DNA of 64,000 nucleotides from Selaginella moellendorffii (taxonomy: Eukaryota; Plantae; Lycopodiophyta), in assembly GCF_000143415.4 (NCBI RefSeq), contig NW_003314313.1:204418-268417 (forward strand), read 5' to 3'. Below the pieces are notes generated by a model. That model did not search any database and had not been told where the DNA came from. It worked only from the letters and a program-made list of their open reading frames with translations. Shown here piece after piece: positions 1-12,199 of the stretch. The stretch's first letter is position 1, and every line of letters starts with the position of its first letter. The translations under genes were made by a program, and so were the position numbers.

Positions 1-596
1 AGCAAGTCAGTAAAATCTCCTTTTCCCCGAGTAAACAGCTTCTTACTTTTGTCCCTGCGCAGGAAGCCACAATGGCCGAAGTCGCGATTCTTATACAAGC
101 CGGGCAAGCAGCCAGGAATGGCCAGTTCCCTCCCGCTGTTCCACCACCACCGCCACCACCACAATCATCAGCATCCACTATCCCGGTTCCAGCAGCAACT
201 TGATCATCGAAAAGTCGAGAAGAGCTCACGAGAACACGCCGCGCGCTCTCCAGCTGCTTCTTGCGAGTCCCATTCGACCCCGTTGCCAGCGAGAGAGCTC
301 TACACGATCACCATCACTACCATTAAGTTCCAAGCTCTATTTGTAAATAAGAAAAGGCCGCAATACCTTGGGAGGAGATCAACAGCAAGGAGGGAGGAGG
401 AGACGTATCGTCTCTCCTATCCCTTTGGGTCTCCTTTTTAAAGTTGAGCTTCATTCTCTCTCCTGTCCCATGGGGAGGAAAGCTGTCTGAGCCGTGCATT
501 GGGCTTTATCAAAAGAAAGATTATTTTTTTCTTCTTCCCCGTTGTCTCTCCACTTGTGCTCCGAAGAGGCAAGGGACGATGCTTTTCCTTTTTGCC

Positions 597-2232
597 TCAC
601 AAGCATTCCCCGCTTTTGAGTTTTTGCACGAGATTTAGGTAGCCCTGTTGTTCTGGTCGGATGTATCTGTGGGAATCCACTGGTAAAAGAGAGCAAACGA
701 ACAGGAGAGGAAAGAACAGTACCCGTGGCGAAATAAAAAGTCGACAACGACCAGTGCGCAGTTGGGCTTGTAGTTTCCCAGGCTCTGGACCACATTTGGG
801 ATAGAATCCAGACGGAAGCACTCCACTTCGCCATCTAGTGACGTGAGCCATTGGAAGAGGTGAACAAGAACACGGGGGAATTGAATGTATCAAGATCATG
901 TACCTTTGTTGGATGGCTCAAAGTCGAGTGGCAGCTCGAGGTCATAGCAGAAGAGCACGTCCCGTTTGCATTGCTCGGCGTAGATTGTCTCGTAGCTGAC
1001 TGCTCCAACTGGAATCGCTCTGCAAAAAACAAGAAGAAAACAAAAATGTCGAGTGAGCAGCGATGGAGGAAGCTCACTTTTCCGCCAGTAGTTTTGGAAT
1101 TCCGGCCTCCTCTTCGCACTCTTTAACAATATTGTCCGAGCAGCTGAGTCCCACTGGCTGGAAAAACACATCATGGAAGGACGAAGCCAACATCAATGAG
1201 TGTAACGCACGAAAAAACTTGGTATTTTATGTTTTAATACCTGACCACCTGCGACTAGATGATCGAGGTAACCGGGATATGTTTGTTTTCTTTTGCTCCG
1301 CTTGGCCACCCAGAGCTGCTTGGAGCCATCATAATTGGTGACATATCCATTCATGTGAACCCCATAAGCCTAGAAAAGGCAAAAAAAAAAATCACTCACT
1401 CCTTTGGAACCGACCGAGAAAAGCAACACACCTTGGTCCCGAAAAACGGAACAGCCGCTCGCTCCAACGAGAAGAAAGCCGGCGAACCAAATTGTAGAAC
1501 GACCGGATAATGCTGCGAAACGTAGAAGTATAAGAGCCTGTGATTATACGCATAAAAGAAATGCTGTAAAGGAAAGTCGTGCAAACGCAAAGTACCTCGT
1601 CACGCCAGCCGGGAATGAATCCATCTCTTCTCAAGACCCGCAAAGCATCGTCCACGGCAGTTGTGCGCTGCTCGGGGGTTTCGAGACGTTCATGGATCTC
1701 CACAGACGCATAACCTGTCGAGGTAGTAGCAACTGTAAAAACCTGTGGAAATTTCTCCAAGAGCGCTGCAAATCTGACAATGGAAATCTATTCCTATCAA
1801 CACCGCTAAACTTTGGTCACATAGAGCTCACCTGGGATGAATGTAGCCAACCGTGTGTCCTTTCACTAGAAAGCGAAGAAACTCCGACCTTCGCTCCTGG
1901 TGAAAACGGAAAGAAATAAGAAAACATACCCTCTCCTGGTGAAAATCCAAAGAAATAAGCAAACGATCTCTCATTCCTGGTGAAAATGCAAAGAAATAAA
2001 CAATCAAAGCTCTCGTTCTTACCCTGCCGCGGTTGCATTCTTCCACGCAGCGAAAATACTGCTCCATCGCCACGCTCTCGCCTGAAGATTTCACCGCCAT
2101 TGCAGCCGCAGCGCAGAGATTTCGCGATCGTACCACAGACAAGAACGTCGGCGCCACTCCCGCCGCTGCCGTAAGCCTCCGATGCGCAGCAGCGCCTAGA
2201 GAATGCCGCGAGCGCATCAACACGGCATCCAT
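597..2232 (-). CDS. Nudix hydrolase, NUDT20/24-like (likely plastid-targeted), multi-exon
   Basis: Spliced exons give YFRCVEECNRG, VGYIHP, IPGWRDE, FSLERAAVPFFG, AYGVHMNGY, YPGYLDHLVAGGQ, the Nudix box NIVKECEEEAGI, RDVLFCYDLELP, DGEVECF and KPNCALVVVDFLFRHG. The N-terminus is Ala/Arg-rich like a transit peptide. Confidence 0.9.
1893..2000 (-). repeat. Three tandem ~40-bp repeats, each containing a 3' splice acceptor, in intron 1 of the Nudix gene
   Basis: The minus strand reads ttatttcttt(gca/gga/ccg)ttttcaccagGA three times. Confidence 0.75.
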
Positions 2233-2374
2233 CGCCGATCGCCCTAGGGTTCTAAAGCCCTAAATAGTGGCTCAAGTCAAAACTTTGGTCAAACAGTAGA
2301 TACTTTTGGCATATTCTACGACTCTTAAATACCGTTGGGAGCTGACGTGTCTCAATTTAAAAGGAGAGCATATT

Positions 2375-3181
2375 CTAAATCAACGGTCCACCGGGTGGCG
2401 GCACGTAAGAGTCGTGGCCAGTGCTAAAATTTTCCTTGGTATAGTGGCCAATGAGCTCCGTCTCTCCAAGAACATGACCTTGTACGGCTATCTCCACTTT
2501 GTCTTTGGTCGCCTGTGGACAAAAAAAGAAGGGGGGAAAATCTTAGCTCGCGGAGATCGAGAGAACAGATATCCGAGAAATCTGTGCTGATTGAATCGAA
2601 AGTGATGAATCCAAAGGGAAATGCGAGTACCTTGTGGCCGAGCTTGAGCTTGGTGTCCAGCGCGTAGAGCTTGAAGACGTAGCGGTGAGTGCCCACTGGA
2701 GGATTTGGGCCGCGGTAGCCCGGGAGCTTCCAATCGTTGTAGCCCTCTTGGATCTCCGCGAATTCGCTCTTCTCGTCCAGCCCTTTAGTGGTGAAACCCG
2801 CTGGAATCCCTGGAAGAACGAGAGAAATCACCCAAAATCGCTAGAGGGAAAAGAGAAGAACTGACCTTTGAGCGTTGGAGGAATGTTGATCAAGACCCTG
2901 GATCACAAGGCAAGGAGATAATCGGGAATGGGAAGGGAAAGAGGAGGAGAGATCTAATCTTCTTACCAGTGAACCCATGGCACGACTGGATCTTTTGGAT
3001 CGGGCGCGTCGGGATCGTCCACAACCAGCGCCAAGCTCACGGTTCCTTCAGGAACATTGTACCACTCGAGCGCCGGCGAGATGTCCTTTTGATCGCCCTG
3101 GCCATCGCCGGTGTGCTTGCGCGGGATTTTTCCCTCGTGATGGAATCCTCCGGGAGAAACTAACCTGAATTCGTCCGCCAT
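2375..3181 (-). CDS. YbhB/YbcL-type phosphatidylethanolamine-binding (PEBP) protein, 4 exons
   Basis: Motifs [60 protein letters not shown]; last exon [11 protein letters not shown]...PLI*. Confidence 0.9.
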
Positions 3182-4744
3182 ATTGATGGATGAGTGTAGA
3201 AATCTCTCTCAGCGATCGAAGCAAGAGCCCTAGAAGAGCAGAAGGAGAATTCCATCGATTGCATGGAGCTCGACACGTATGAGACACGTGTCTACAAAGT
3301 GGAGACTTTAGCAAATGACGTCTCAGGTTCAAAACATTGCAGCATTTGTAAATCTTTTCTCTCTTTCGTATCGTCCTGAAGTTCAAGATTTCACGGCATT
3401 CAACCAAATCTTCCTTTTTTCTGTTTTTTCTGTTTTTTTCTTCCTTTTTTTTTTTTTCCTCTCTTTTCTTTGAAATGCAGACTGTTTCGTAAGATCAAAC
3501 ATTGAGAAATGTACGGAAAAGAATATTAGTGCCCAAAAGCATTAGATAAGATCCTTGACATGGCTTTCGTGAGATGATCTATGTTGTGGAGATGAGGTGA
3601 TAGGAAATGAGTGTTTTCGGTGCACTGCATAGGAGCACTATACTATGCAGAAACAGAAAGGAGAAAAGAATTTGACATTATTTGGCTGAGTGCGTCTGGT
3701 GAAAAACGATTGTACTGCGCGAGCACTGAAACGAAACGCTCTCCTCAACGCTGGGAGCATTCAACGCCATATGTCTGAAGAAACTGTGAAACCAATGCAC
3801 TTTGTGCTCCCTCACACACATAATCATCATTCCCTTGCCTGCAAATTGCATGCAGGTTCGTCTTCACCTTCAGCTGCTGCATTCCTGCCGACCACCACGA
3901 ACAAGAAACACATCTGTACTCGAGCAACCGGCAGGAAAAAAATCTGAAATAAAGAAGAGATATTTCAGGCAAGTTGAAGCATCACACTCCACAGCAGCAG
4001 TATGCAGGTTCGGCCTCACCAACTACAACACAGCTTGCGTTTCAGAGATTAAAGACCGAACGAAACTGTTGTTGAATGTTCAATCTGAATCAATCTGTCA
4101 AGAAGTGAACAAGGTTCAAAAATCCTTTCAAGGTTCAAGAATGATATGTGAACCTGACAGAGGGAGCTTCTGGTATCTTCCGCCCTTGGAAACGGAATGC
4201 ACATCTGGAAACGGAACACAGATGGTGCTTCTGCGGAATACCTGTGTATCCAAATCCAACCTCCCTCCCATCTCGGGCACAAACAACCGAGTTCAAGGTT
4301 TCAGAAGTACAGCCACTTGCGCTTCAAAGATCCATACATTCATTTTCGTTTTTAAGATGCTGCTGGTGCTAGAAAACGGAACAACGAGATGCACTGAACC
4401 TGCAAAGTCAGCGGCAGCAGCCAAAGTGGGAAACACAAATCTTATTTCGATTTACGCCTGGATTTTCCAGCGAGTGGAAACAATCACACACCCTCCTTTC
4501 GTTTCCTTGCTCCAAAGTGCACAAAAAAGTTCCTCATGGCACAGACAAGTTATATAAAAACGAGAATAAGAAAAGAAAGGCGCTTCCATTGCTTCTCTTT
4601 TGTGTTTTTATGTTTGTGGAAAGCAGCAAGCACTAAATACTTGAAATTCTTTCCTGTTGGCTTTTGGAAGAAAAGCAAAGCTATGGCCTCAAGCAAAACA
4701 CGCAACATTTGAGTTCATATCTGAAGCAAGCAGAGCTCTCGAAA

Positions 4745-4846
4745 GATTGATGACAGAAGAATAGAGAGCACGAACGCAGAGCTGCTGGATATGGATTCCG
4801 CTCTTGCAGCCAAACGTCTGTGCTCTCTATCTTCTGTCAGCAGCAG
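4745..4846 (-). ncRNA. MIR156: MIR156/157-family precursor hairpin; mature CUGACAGAAGAUAGAGAGCAC at 4820-4840, star arm ~4749-4771
   Basis: The minus strand carries the miR156/157 mature sequence and a near-complementary arm ~50 nt away. It matches my recollection of Selaginella miR156b. Confidence 0.93.
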
Positions 4847-5496
4847 TCCAAAGGATCCACAAGCACGAAAAACACTCCACAAGAAACATTCAAGAGCACA
4901 CGGCTCAAAACAGCGAAGTCGACACAAAACTATGCAAGGAAACCAAAAGTCTGAAAGCAACGCTTACCACGGATCTGGGAAGCTCTTCACAGTTTCCGTA
5001 TGAGCTTTATCTCTTGTTCTCCGGCTTTAACCAAAAGTTGACCTCGTCCCATGCGATTTGTATGGTCTCCCGTGCGAGATCTCGGGCTTTTGGCTCCCTG
5101 CGTGACAAGGAATCAGCAAAGACACACCAAAATCGCCAGGAAACACACGATTGCGCTCTTTCTCGCTCCAGATCTTTGAGATCCAACGCCATTGCTGTGG
5201 AGAGAAGTAGGACATCTCTTCATTCGGCAAGAGGGCGATTGAATCGTGAATCTCTACACTCCTGGAGAAGAAGAAAAGAAGCAAAGAAAAGAGAAGAAGC
5301 GGTGTGATACTTTTCTTCTCCATCGCAATCCCTCCCATTTCAAGGCCGCGGACTCGACGGGATTTATCCAATGAGGTATGTGCCAAAGTCCCTTCACTCT
5401 TTTGTTTTTCTTACATTTACCCGTTTTGTTTCATTCATCCACCGCCCGTCAACCATGGCGGGCGAGCCCGTCAGTGCCGCGCTGGAGTGGCCAGCG

Positions 5497-5812
5497 CCGT
5501 ACGATCCGGTCCCATTCCGCCAAATCCCGGCCGTTAGTCTCAGTACTCGGAAAGCTTCCAAAGAGTACCAACCCAATTACGATTGGAAGATTTGGGTCCT
5601 GTACTTGGATGCCTCCTGCCCAGAAGCTACCTCGTCCAAATCGCTAGCAAACGCGCGAGTGAATCGCGTGCCCTGCAAGGAGCCGCCGTACCGGGCCCGC
5701 CCTAAATGCCGCGGCATATTCGTTTAGGGCAAAATCGTACGGCGCGTCTGTTACTTGTCTTCGAGCTTTCTGTTTGAGGGGGGTGTTTTTGTTTTGTGTC
5801 CTCGCTTGTACA
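5497..5812. promoter_or_regulatory. Cluster of 7 GTAC cores (putative SBP/SPL binding sites) upstream of the downstream MIR156
   Basis: GTAC at 5499, 5543, 5565, 5601, 5688, 5737 and 5808; three are in CCGTAC context on one strand or the other. Confidence 0.55.
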
Positions 5813-6334
5813 GGCAGCATCTCTCTCTCTCCATGTGCTGCGCAAGGCTTACGTGAAAATAAATCCCAATCATTTTTAGAGAGGGTCGTAGTATTTGTTG
5901 ACTGGCGATCAATCAATCAAAAATCGATCGTGGATCGGTCGATCATTTATCTAAACAGAACATTTCTACCGATTTAAAGCTGACTTTTCTTCGTTTTGGA
6001 CTTTAGTATTGCTGAAAAATCAAGTCGTGTTAACCCATGTTTATACTAATACAGAAATCAATCTCTTAAATCGTATAACGTTACAACTTCCAGCTATCGC
6101 CGCAAAGCACAAAAAAGTAAAAAAAGGCCATAGAATAATTGAAGTAAAATTCAAGAGCGCAAATCGATCCAACACCACGGAAGAACGGAACGCAACGAAG
6201 AAAATTTCAATCGATCGAACACAATGGAAACAATGGAAACAGCAAAAGAAGCAAAAGAAGCAAATTCACGAACACAGGAACAAAAATCTCAAGCAGCTCA
6301 AGAAAAACACACAGCGAGCTCAGTATCACTGCGA

Positions 6335-6435
6335 ACAGGCACAGCTGACAGACAGAGAGTGAGCACGCGAAGCTCAATCCATGCGATCCATGGACGGGGC
6401 CGCGTGTGCTCACTCTCTTCTGTCGCCAGTGACAA
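6335..6435 (-). ncRNA. MIR156: MIR156 precursor hairpin; mature CGACAGAAGAGAGUGAGCAC at 6406-6425, star arm ~6344-6366
   Basis: The minus strand has cgacagaagagagtgagcac ... gtgctcactctctgtctgtca. A TATA-like TATAAAT lies on the minus strand at ~6775-6781. It matches my recollection of Selaginella miR156a. Confidence 0.93.
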
Positions 6436-7599
6436 TCGAAGCGACAGCAAGCAAGATTCGCAAACAAACAGCAAGGAGCAGCGGCCGACGGATTCGAAGA
6501 AGAGAAATCCAGCGCCGCCGTGGAATCTTGGATGGAAAATCTTGGAGAAGCGCTGCCGCCGACCGAGCCGCCGACAAAAAGAGAAAAGAAGGCGGCGAAT
6601 CGAAGGAGAGCTCCGCGCAGCGCCGCGCGCTATCGAAATCTGGCAGCGGGAGGAAGAGATCGAAGGATCCGTCGGAGAGAAAGGGAAATCTTGGAAGAAC
6701 GCTAGCGCCAAAGAAAAGCCAACGAAGGGGAAGGAGAAAAAAAGCTTTCCTGTGGTGAAGCGCAAAACGTTAAGATTTATACCCCTATGGGATGCGATGG
6801 CCATGACCATGGCATGGGCATCCATCACGGCCAGCGTCACCATTCATTTTAAGGTACAGCGCATATGATCATGCCATGCATGGCTTTTACCGACGTCTCT
6901 CTCACTTTCAGTAAAAAACCAAAATTAGCTAAGGACGGCTTATTCCCTCCTCGATACTCGCGCTTCATAAATAGTGGGTTTCTATTTTGGAATTTTACCG
7001 AGGCGTTATTAGGGCTTCTCGCCTCCCGCCATTCAATGTGGACAGATGTACGGCTTGTCGTAAGCGTTTAAACTTTGGGCCCACACGGCGCGGGATGTAC
7101 GTAAGAGGAGGCGTGGTCCGCTGCAGATGTGGCCACCTGGCGCAATGGGTGGTGTGGTTGACTCCAAGATGGGTATCTTCTCTTTTGTTTCTTTTGACTC
7201 CAAGGTATCATAATCTTTTATTCCGCTCTGGTAATCGGCACCGTTGGCTATGGTTTTAAAATGTGGGTGGGACATCACGGGTGGCGACACAAAGTTTGCA
7301 TTATTTTATTTTGTTTGGATGTTGTCCGCTCGGACTATCAAAAACTGCCAAATGCAATCAAAATCTTCCAGCTTGTATTTTGTCAAATTTGTTTCCGGGT
7401 GGTGTTGGCTGCTCGTCATTGCTGTCTACTAAATGTAACAGTTTGTGACGTATGAAGACATGATGTCACAAAACCTCCAACTTGACAACTAGCTTATGAG
7501 TTTTGTCAACTATTCATCTATTCTAAGGTGAGAGAACATGCTTTTTCTAACTAGAATTCTTTGCTAATGCGACGTTTTCTCTTGATGGTACCGGTATGG

Positions 7600-10200
7600 T
7601 TAAAACTTTTTGCATGTCTAAGTATGAAATAATAATCATTTAATTTAACTAATAAAATAGTTTCTCTATTTTTATAATAAATAATTTATTATATTAATAT
7701 TATTAGAATAATATTGTCAAGTTAAAATATTTACAAATTAATTTAAAGAAATCCTTTCATGAAGGTGCATATTTAAAACTAATAAAACAAATATAAGTGA
7801 TAAAAGTACTATAAAATGTGAAAACTAAATGAGATTTAAATTATGATAGTAGTGAACATTATAAGAATATCCTAGTATTAGGATAAATATGAGGCTACAG
7901 GGAAAATCCTGCTAAATTTTGTTACATGCAACAACCTGCTTCGATACATTCAATCTGAGATAGATTGAATAAATTATATCTCTAGACCATAGGTTAAAAG
8001 GGAAATATAAGTGGGTATTACAATAGTAATGATGCTGATTAAAGTTGATTCCTTGTTACTGTAGTGCTTTACAAAGATTCTCCAAAGTGAATTATTTGCC
8101 ATGTTGTTCCCATGTATCCTACATCCATAAGCCTTTTAAGAATTTAAAATTTTAGTCATTATACCTACACCATTTTTTATTATTAATTTAATTTTGAGGA
8201 ATTTGATGTCTTTCTGTATAACACTCTCACTCTTGTTCATCATACAAATGCCAATGAATAGAATGGTTTGGAATAATTTTATATAACATTCTATAATACA
8301 TTTGTTTTGCACATAATAGTCAATTGGTACTATTTTATAGTTGTATGGTCCCTCCACTCATTAAAGAAAAATAAGGAGAAATATTTTAAAACACATGGAA
8401 GGAGTAAGTAAACCTCCTCCAGAGTAATTAATACTCTCAAAACATTATCACATCAGATACTCTTCATATATAATATACTACTCCATTTTTGTTAACATAT
8501 TACTCCACTCACTACTCCGACATATAACTTAGCTTATCAATATCTTGCTTTTACTAGTATAGGATTAGCATATTTTAGTATTAAAATATTCTAGTTATGG
8601 ATTGAAATTGTTATATATTTTCCTCAATGCCCAGCAAGGCAAAGGAAATAGGTCAAAATAAGTATATGAGTGCTAGCATTAGAGAGCAAATAAAAATAGA
8701 AGCAACTTTTATAGAATTGTGGACATCAATTGAATTGAAGTATTTATGACATCATAATGCATTTGGAGCAAAAAGATATCCCCATAGCAACACAAATTTG
8801 CTAAATGGATATTATAGTTTAAGGGATTAAAATTTTGCCTTCCCCCACAAATGAATGTGCTCTTTTCATTAACTATATTTCCCAAGATTTGCAAATCTCA
8901 TTTATTATACTACCTGATAGAATATGTTTTTATTTACTTGCCCATTAAGCCATAAAAATTTCATTTTCTTTGGCTCTAAAATTTTTTCTCACTGGCAAGT
9001 AAACTTCTTTCTAGCTAGATTAACTCTTAGAATTAAAGTTCTAGGGCTACTATTGGTAATGGCCTTAACATTTTATAGTAATAGTTTTAGGAGTATATTA
9101 GAAATTCTTGGTAGTGCAGAAGATCCATGTACTTTAAAAGTAATTTAAAAAGATTGAGTATTCAATCCATCCCTAGACAATTTGAAAATTTACATAATCA
9201 CTGAAAACCATGCTTGATGCCTCTCTCTTGGCTGGATTACTAGGCCAAGTGATTTGATGCACTTAATTTTAAATTAAAGCATATCAAAAACTTAAAAGTT
9301 AAAGTAGAAATATGAAAGTATTCTAGGAATCTTGTTAGATATATTTTCAAGACTTCAAAATTGTTAATTAGTACCATGACCACTCTTTATATAACTCTTT
9401 TTCATAACAGAGGTCCAACTTTACTTTATTTACTAGGGTCTTTTAGAAGAGAAGGTAGTAATTTTTATTTGAAGTTAAAGAGCATGATAGGGTGTAGTCT
9501 CTAAAGCTTTAGAATTCTTGAGTTCTTCCTGTTCCTTGGGCAGACAATTGTAATACTTACTTCAATCACATGAAAATGAAGTTCACTCCCACTACAACTA
9601 GTTTTCACCGCCTTTTTGCCATGGCATAATTCAAGATTAGCACAAAACAAGATTATTCTTATTGATGTGGCAGAATACTTAGTTGATATAGTGTCTTGTT
9701 ACTTTTAATTGTTAGGAGTAAAAGTAGAAGTATGACATACAATAAGGTGCCCATGTTTATATATGGATATTGCTTATAAATTCTATATATGAAGGTTTAT
9801 AATTTAAATCTTGACAAAAGTACACTAATATAAAATATATTTATAATTATATTTATATATACGACCATGTCCAAAAACGCTCCTGACATATACTTATCAA
9901 TAAGACAGATTTTTATAGTTTAAATAGATTATACTATTTGCAAAGAGTTTTTATATCCATTATATTATATAGCATTGCTTTAAAATATTTTCTAGATAAT
10001 AATTTGAAATTACTTGAGTAAACCATCATAATGTTTACACATTGATAATCGCTCTTAAAGTTTTATCATATAATTGTTCTTTTATTACTCTATTAATTCA
10101 GTTCTTTAAAATTCCCTAATAAGACACTTTGTTTCTCTAATTATCACCTAAAACATTACTATTTTTAACTTCAAAAGTTTATAATAATAAAGTAAAATTA
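7600..10200 (-). mobile_element. AT-rich island, probably a decayed transposon; faint PIF/Harbinger-like transposase traces at ~9130-9400
   Basis: Abrupt drop in GC and no long ORF. Broken minus-strand peptides SGHGT, ITWPSNPAKRE...F and SNCL(G)/GWIE resemble the IxWP...FPxCxGxIDG region of Harbinger transposases. Confidence 0.3.
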
Positions 10201-10232
10201 ACAAAATACTAAAAATAAACAAAGGTAAGGGT

Positions 10233-10692
10233 CTAGTCTTCTCTCCAGCGGTAGGAGCAATCTGGATTGCAGCATCTGTAAAATGCAGTGCTTGGTTCAT
10301 CCGCAGATCTGATTTGAACTAGCATGAAATAAGCATGCTCGTGGTTACATTTGGCACAAGTGACTGAAAAGCAATGAAATTTTCGAAATGAGAAGGAAAA
10401 TAAGACTAGTTCTTACTAGGCGTCCGATCACAGTTCTTCCATGCGTCCTCGCCTCCAAGAATATCATCCATTTCCTTGTTCTTGAGTGGAATCCTCTTGG
10501 TTATCTGAGACAAGGTAGCAAGAAGTTTTATCAATGGGAGGAGAAAACGCGTTAAAAGGAGCGAAGATCTCATAGAGTTATAAGAACCTCGTGATCGATG
10601 TTGTAAATGTAAGCACAAGTTGGACAGAAATACCTCAGCCTTGCTGCGTGCTCCACAAGCAGCAAGCTCGAGCATGTTGGGCAAAACTCCAT
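10233..10692 (-). CDS. RPC11: RNA polymerase III subunit C11 (RPC11/POLR3K-like), 3 exons
   Basis: MEFCPTC..RYFCPTCAY, DDILGGEDAWKN, and a TFIIS-like ribbon CANCNHEHAYFMLVQIRSADEP...YRCCNPDCSYRWRED*. Confidence 0.92.
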
Positions 10693-11414
10693 TTCAGCCT
10701 TGAACGAAGACAGGAAAAAACATAAGACCGAGTAACTATGTAGGAAATCACACTGCTTTTACCGTTTTCTTCTTGCTCTTCTTGCTCTGTGACTTACTAG
10801 TGCTTCTTCCGGCTTCCATTTTTCCTCCCAGTCCGGATAAAAATCTATCTAGGGCTTCTCGGCAAGAACAAATATTTGGAGAGTTTCGAACACATAACCT
10901 TCTTATATGATGCCAGGTGCGCTACCATCCCGCCATTGTTCAGTTGACAGTTAAGCAGCCGAGATTAACACTTACTGCTGGTCAGAAAGAACTCTTCGAA
11001 CTTAGTTCCTGCGGTGAATAAGGAACAATTACCGCTGTTTTACTCTCTAATTTCACCTCTTTCTTAACTTTGGCCTTCTTCTCCTTGCTCGAGCTCGATC
11101 GATTCCCGCTCCACTTGAATGGGAAACACTTCCAGGCATTCTTCTCGCTTGGCGATTCCCCAAACTTCTTGGAATCCAGGTAGATCAAACGAAGAAACTC
11201 CCCTGCGGAAATCAAAGATCTTCCCAAGGAATGGTCAACGAGTCAAACTCGTCAAGTTCTTAGAATGAAAACATGATTATTTATAAACTTGGCCTGGATA
11301 GCATTTTCACTTAGATCGACATGATCCTCGAAACGAAATAAAACACGCGGCGCTGAAAACACTCTCAAGACGAGTAATCGATCGATCGATGATCAGAAGC
11401 TTTTACTTTCTTTT

Positions 11415-11870
11415 TCAAGAGGCCTCCTTTTCTGCCGAGGAGTTCCGCTTGGACACTCCGGCGTTGCTCTTACTGCCGTTCTTGAAGTGAGCTCGGGCCT
11501 CCTTCTCGAGCACATACCTGTTGCCCTTCCGAGAGATCGTGATTACCTTTTGGGTGTGGAGATCTTCCGTGTCGATGAACAGTGGTGGATGCGTCGGCTC
11601 CACTTTGTTATCGTTCTTCTCGTCCACCATGACGAGCACGGCCATCCGGTAGTAAGTCCCTGCCTCTCTCAAGTCGACGCTAATCTCTTCTCTCGCGCCT
11701 GCGGGGATTTTGTACCTCAGCACGCCATAGACTTCCCTCTCCTTGTCGCGGAGGCCAATCGTCCTGTCCGTATTGTTGTGGATTAAAACGCTGGGGACCT
11801 TGTCCTCGCCGCTCGCCTCGTCTGCCTCGCGCGATCTGGAGCTCCAGCAGCAGCTCCAAGAATTTCCCAT
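11415..11870 (-). CDS. Unknown small protein family A, copy 1 (MGNSWSCC; predicted myristoylation/palmitoylation; DUF7748-like)
   Basis: Intronless ORF that shares the IxNNTxxTIxLxxK...YYxMxxL...IDTxD pattern with the ORFs at 13707 and 27919. Confidence 0.7.
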   Translation of the reverse strand: MGNSWSCCWSSRSREADEASGEDKVPSVLIHNNTDRTIGLRDKEREVYGVLRYKIPAGAREEISVDLREAGTYYRMAVLVMVDEKNDNKVEPTHPPLFIDTEDLHTQKVITISRKGNRYVLEKEARAHFKNGSKSNAGVSKRNSSAEKEAS

Positions 11871-12199
11871 CCCCAAAAGAGCCTCTCCTTTTTTTTCTTT
11901 TCTTTTCTTTGTTCCTATCGTCCGCTAGAGGCTGCGGTCAAACGTTAGTGATGAGAGCACGCGCTTGAATACGAGGGAGAAGACCAAAACAATGAAAGAA
12001 AAAAAGAGATGGCTTACTCTGCAGGAAGAGACGAAACCAACAAAAGACGCGTACGATAGCCGGAAGAAACACTGGGAGCTTTGTTTACACTCGCGAGACG
12101 TGCTGCGTCGTTGTACGCATCGCCGTCTCGCACGTCAAGCCGTTTACTTTTCCTCCACAGGCGATCAATCCTGGTTCTTCCCTGTTCGAGAGCAACGAT

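Noticed and set aside
1-441. His-rich 130-aa ORF, or a possible minus-strand first exon at the window edge
   Set aside because: Low-complexity (CAC)n sequence. A Gly-rich minus frame from ~273 is open, but there is too little sequence to identify it.
2375-3181. Bacterial-type PEBP as horizontal transfer or an FT/TFL1 homolog
   Set aside because: It has plant introns, and YbhB-type PEBPs are already known in plants. It lacks FT/TFL1-specific features.
3802-6868. Long ORFs of 251, 167, 214 and 181 aa
   Set aside because: No recognisable domains and mostly non-ATG starts. They overlap or flank the MIR156 hairpins and are likely spurious frames in pri-miRNA regions.
10982-11227. 81-aa Lys/Ser-rich ORF
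   Set aside because: TTG start and no motif; it cannot be supported as a gene.
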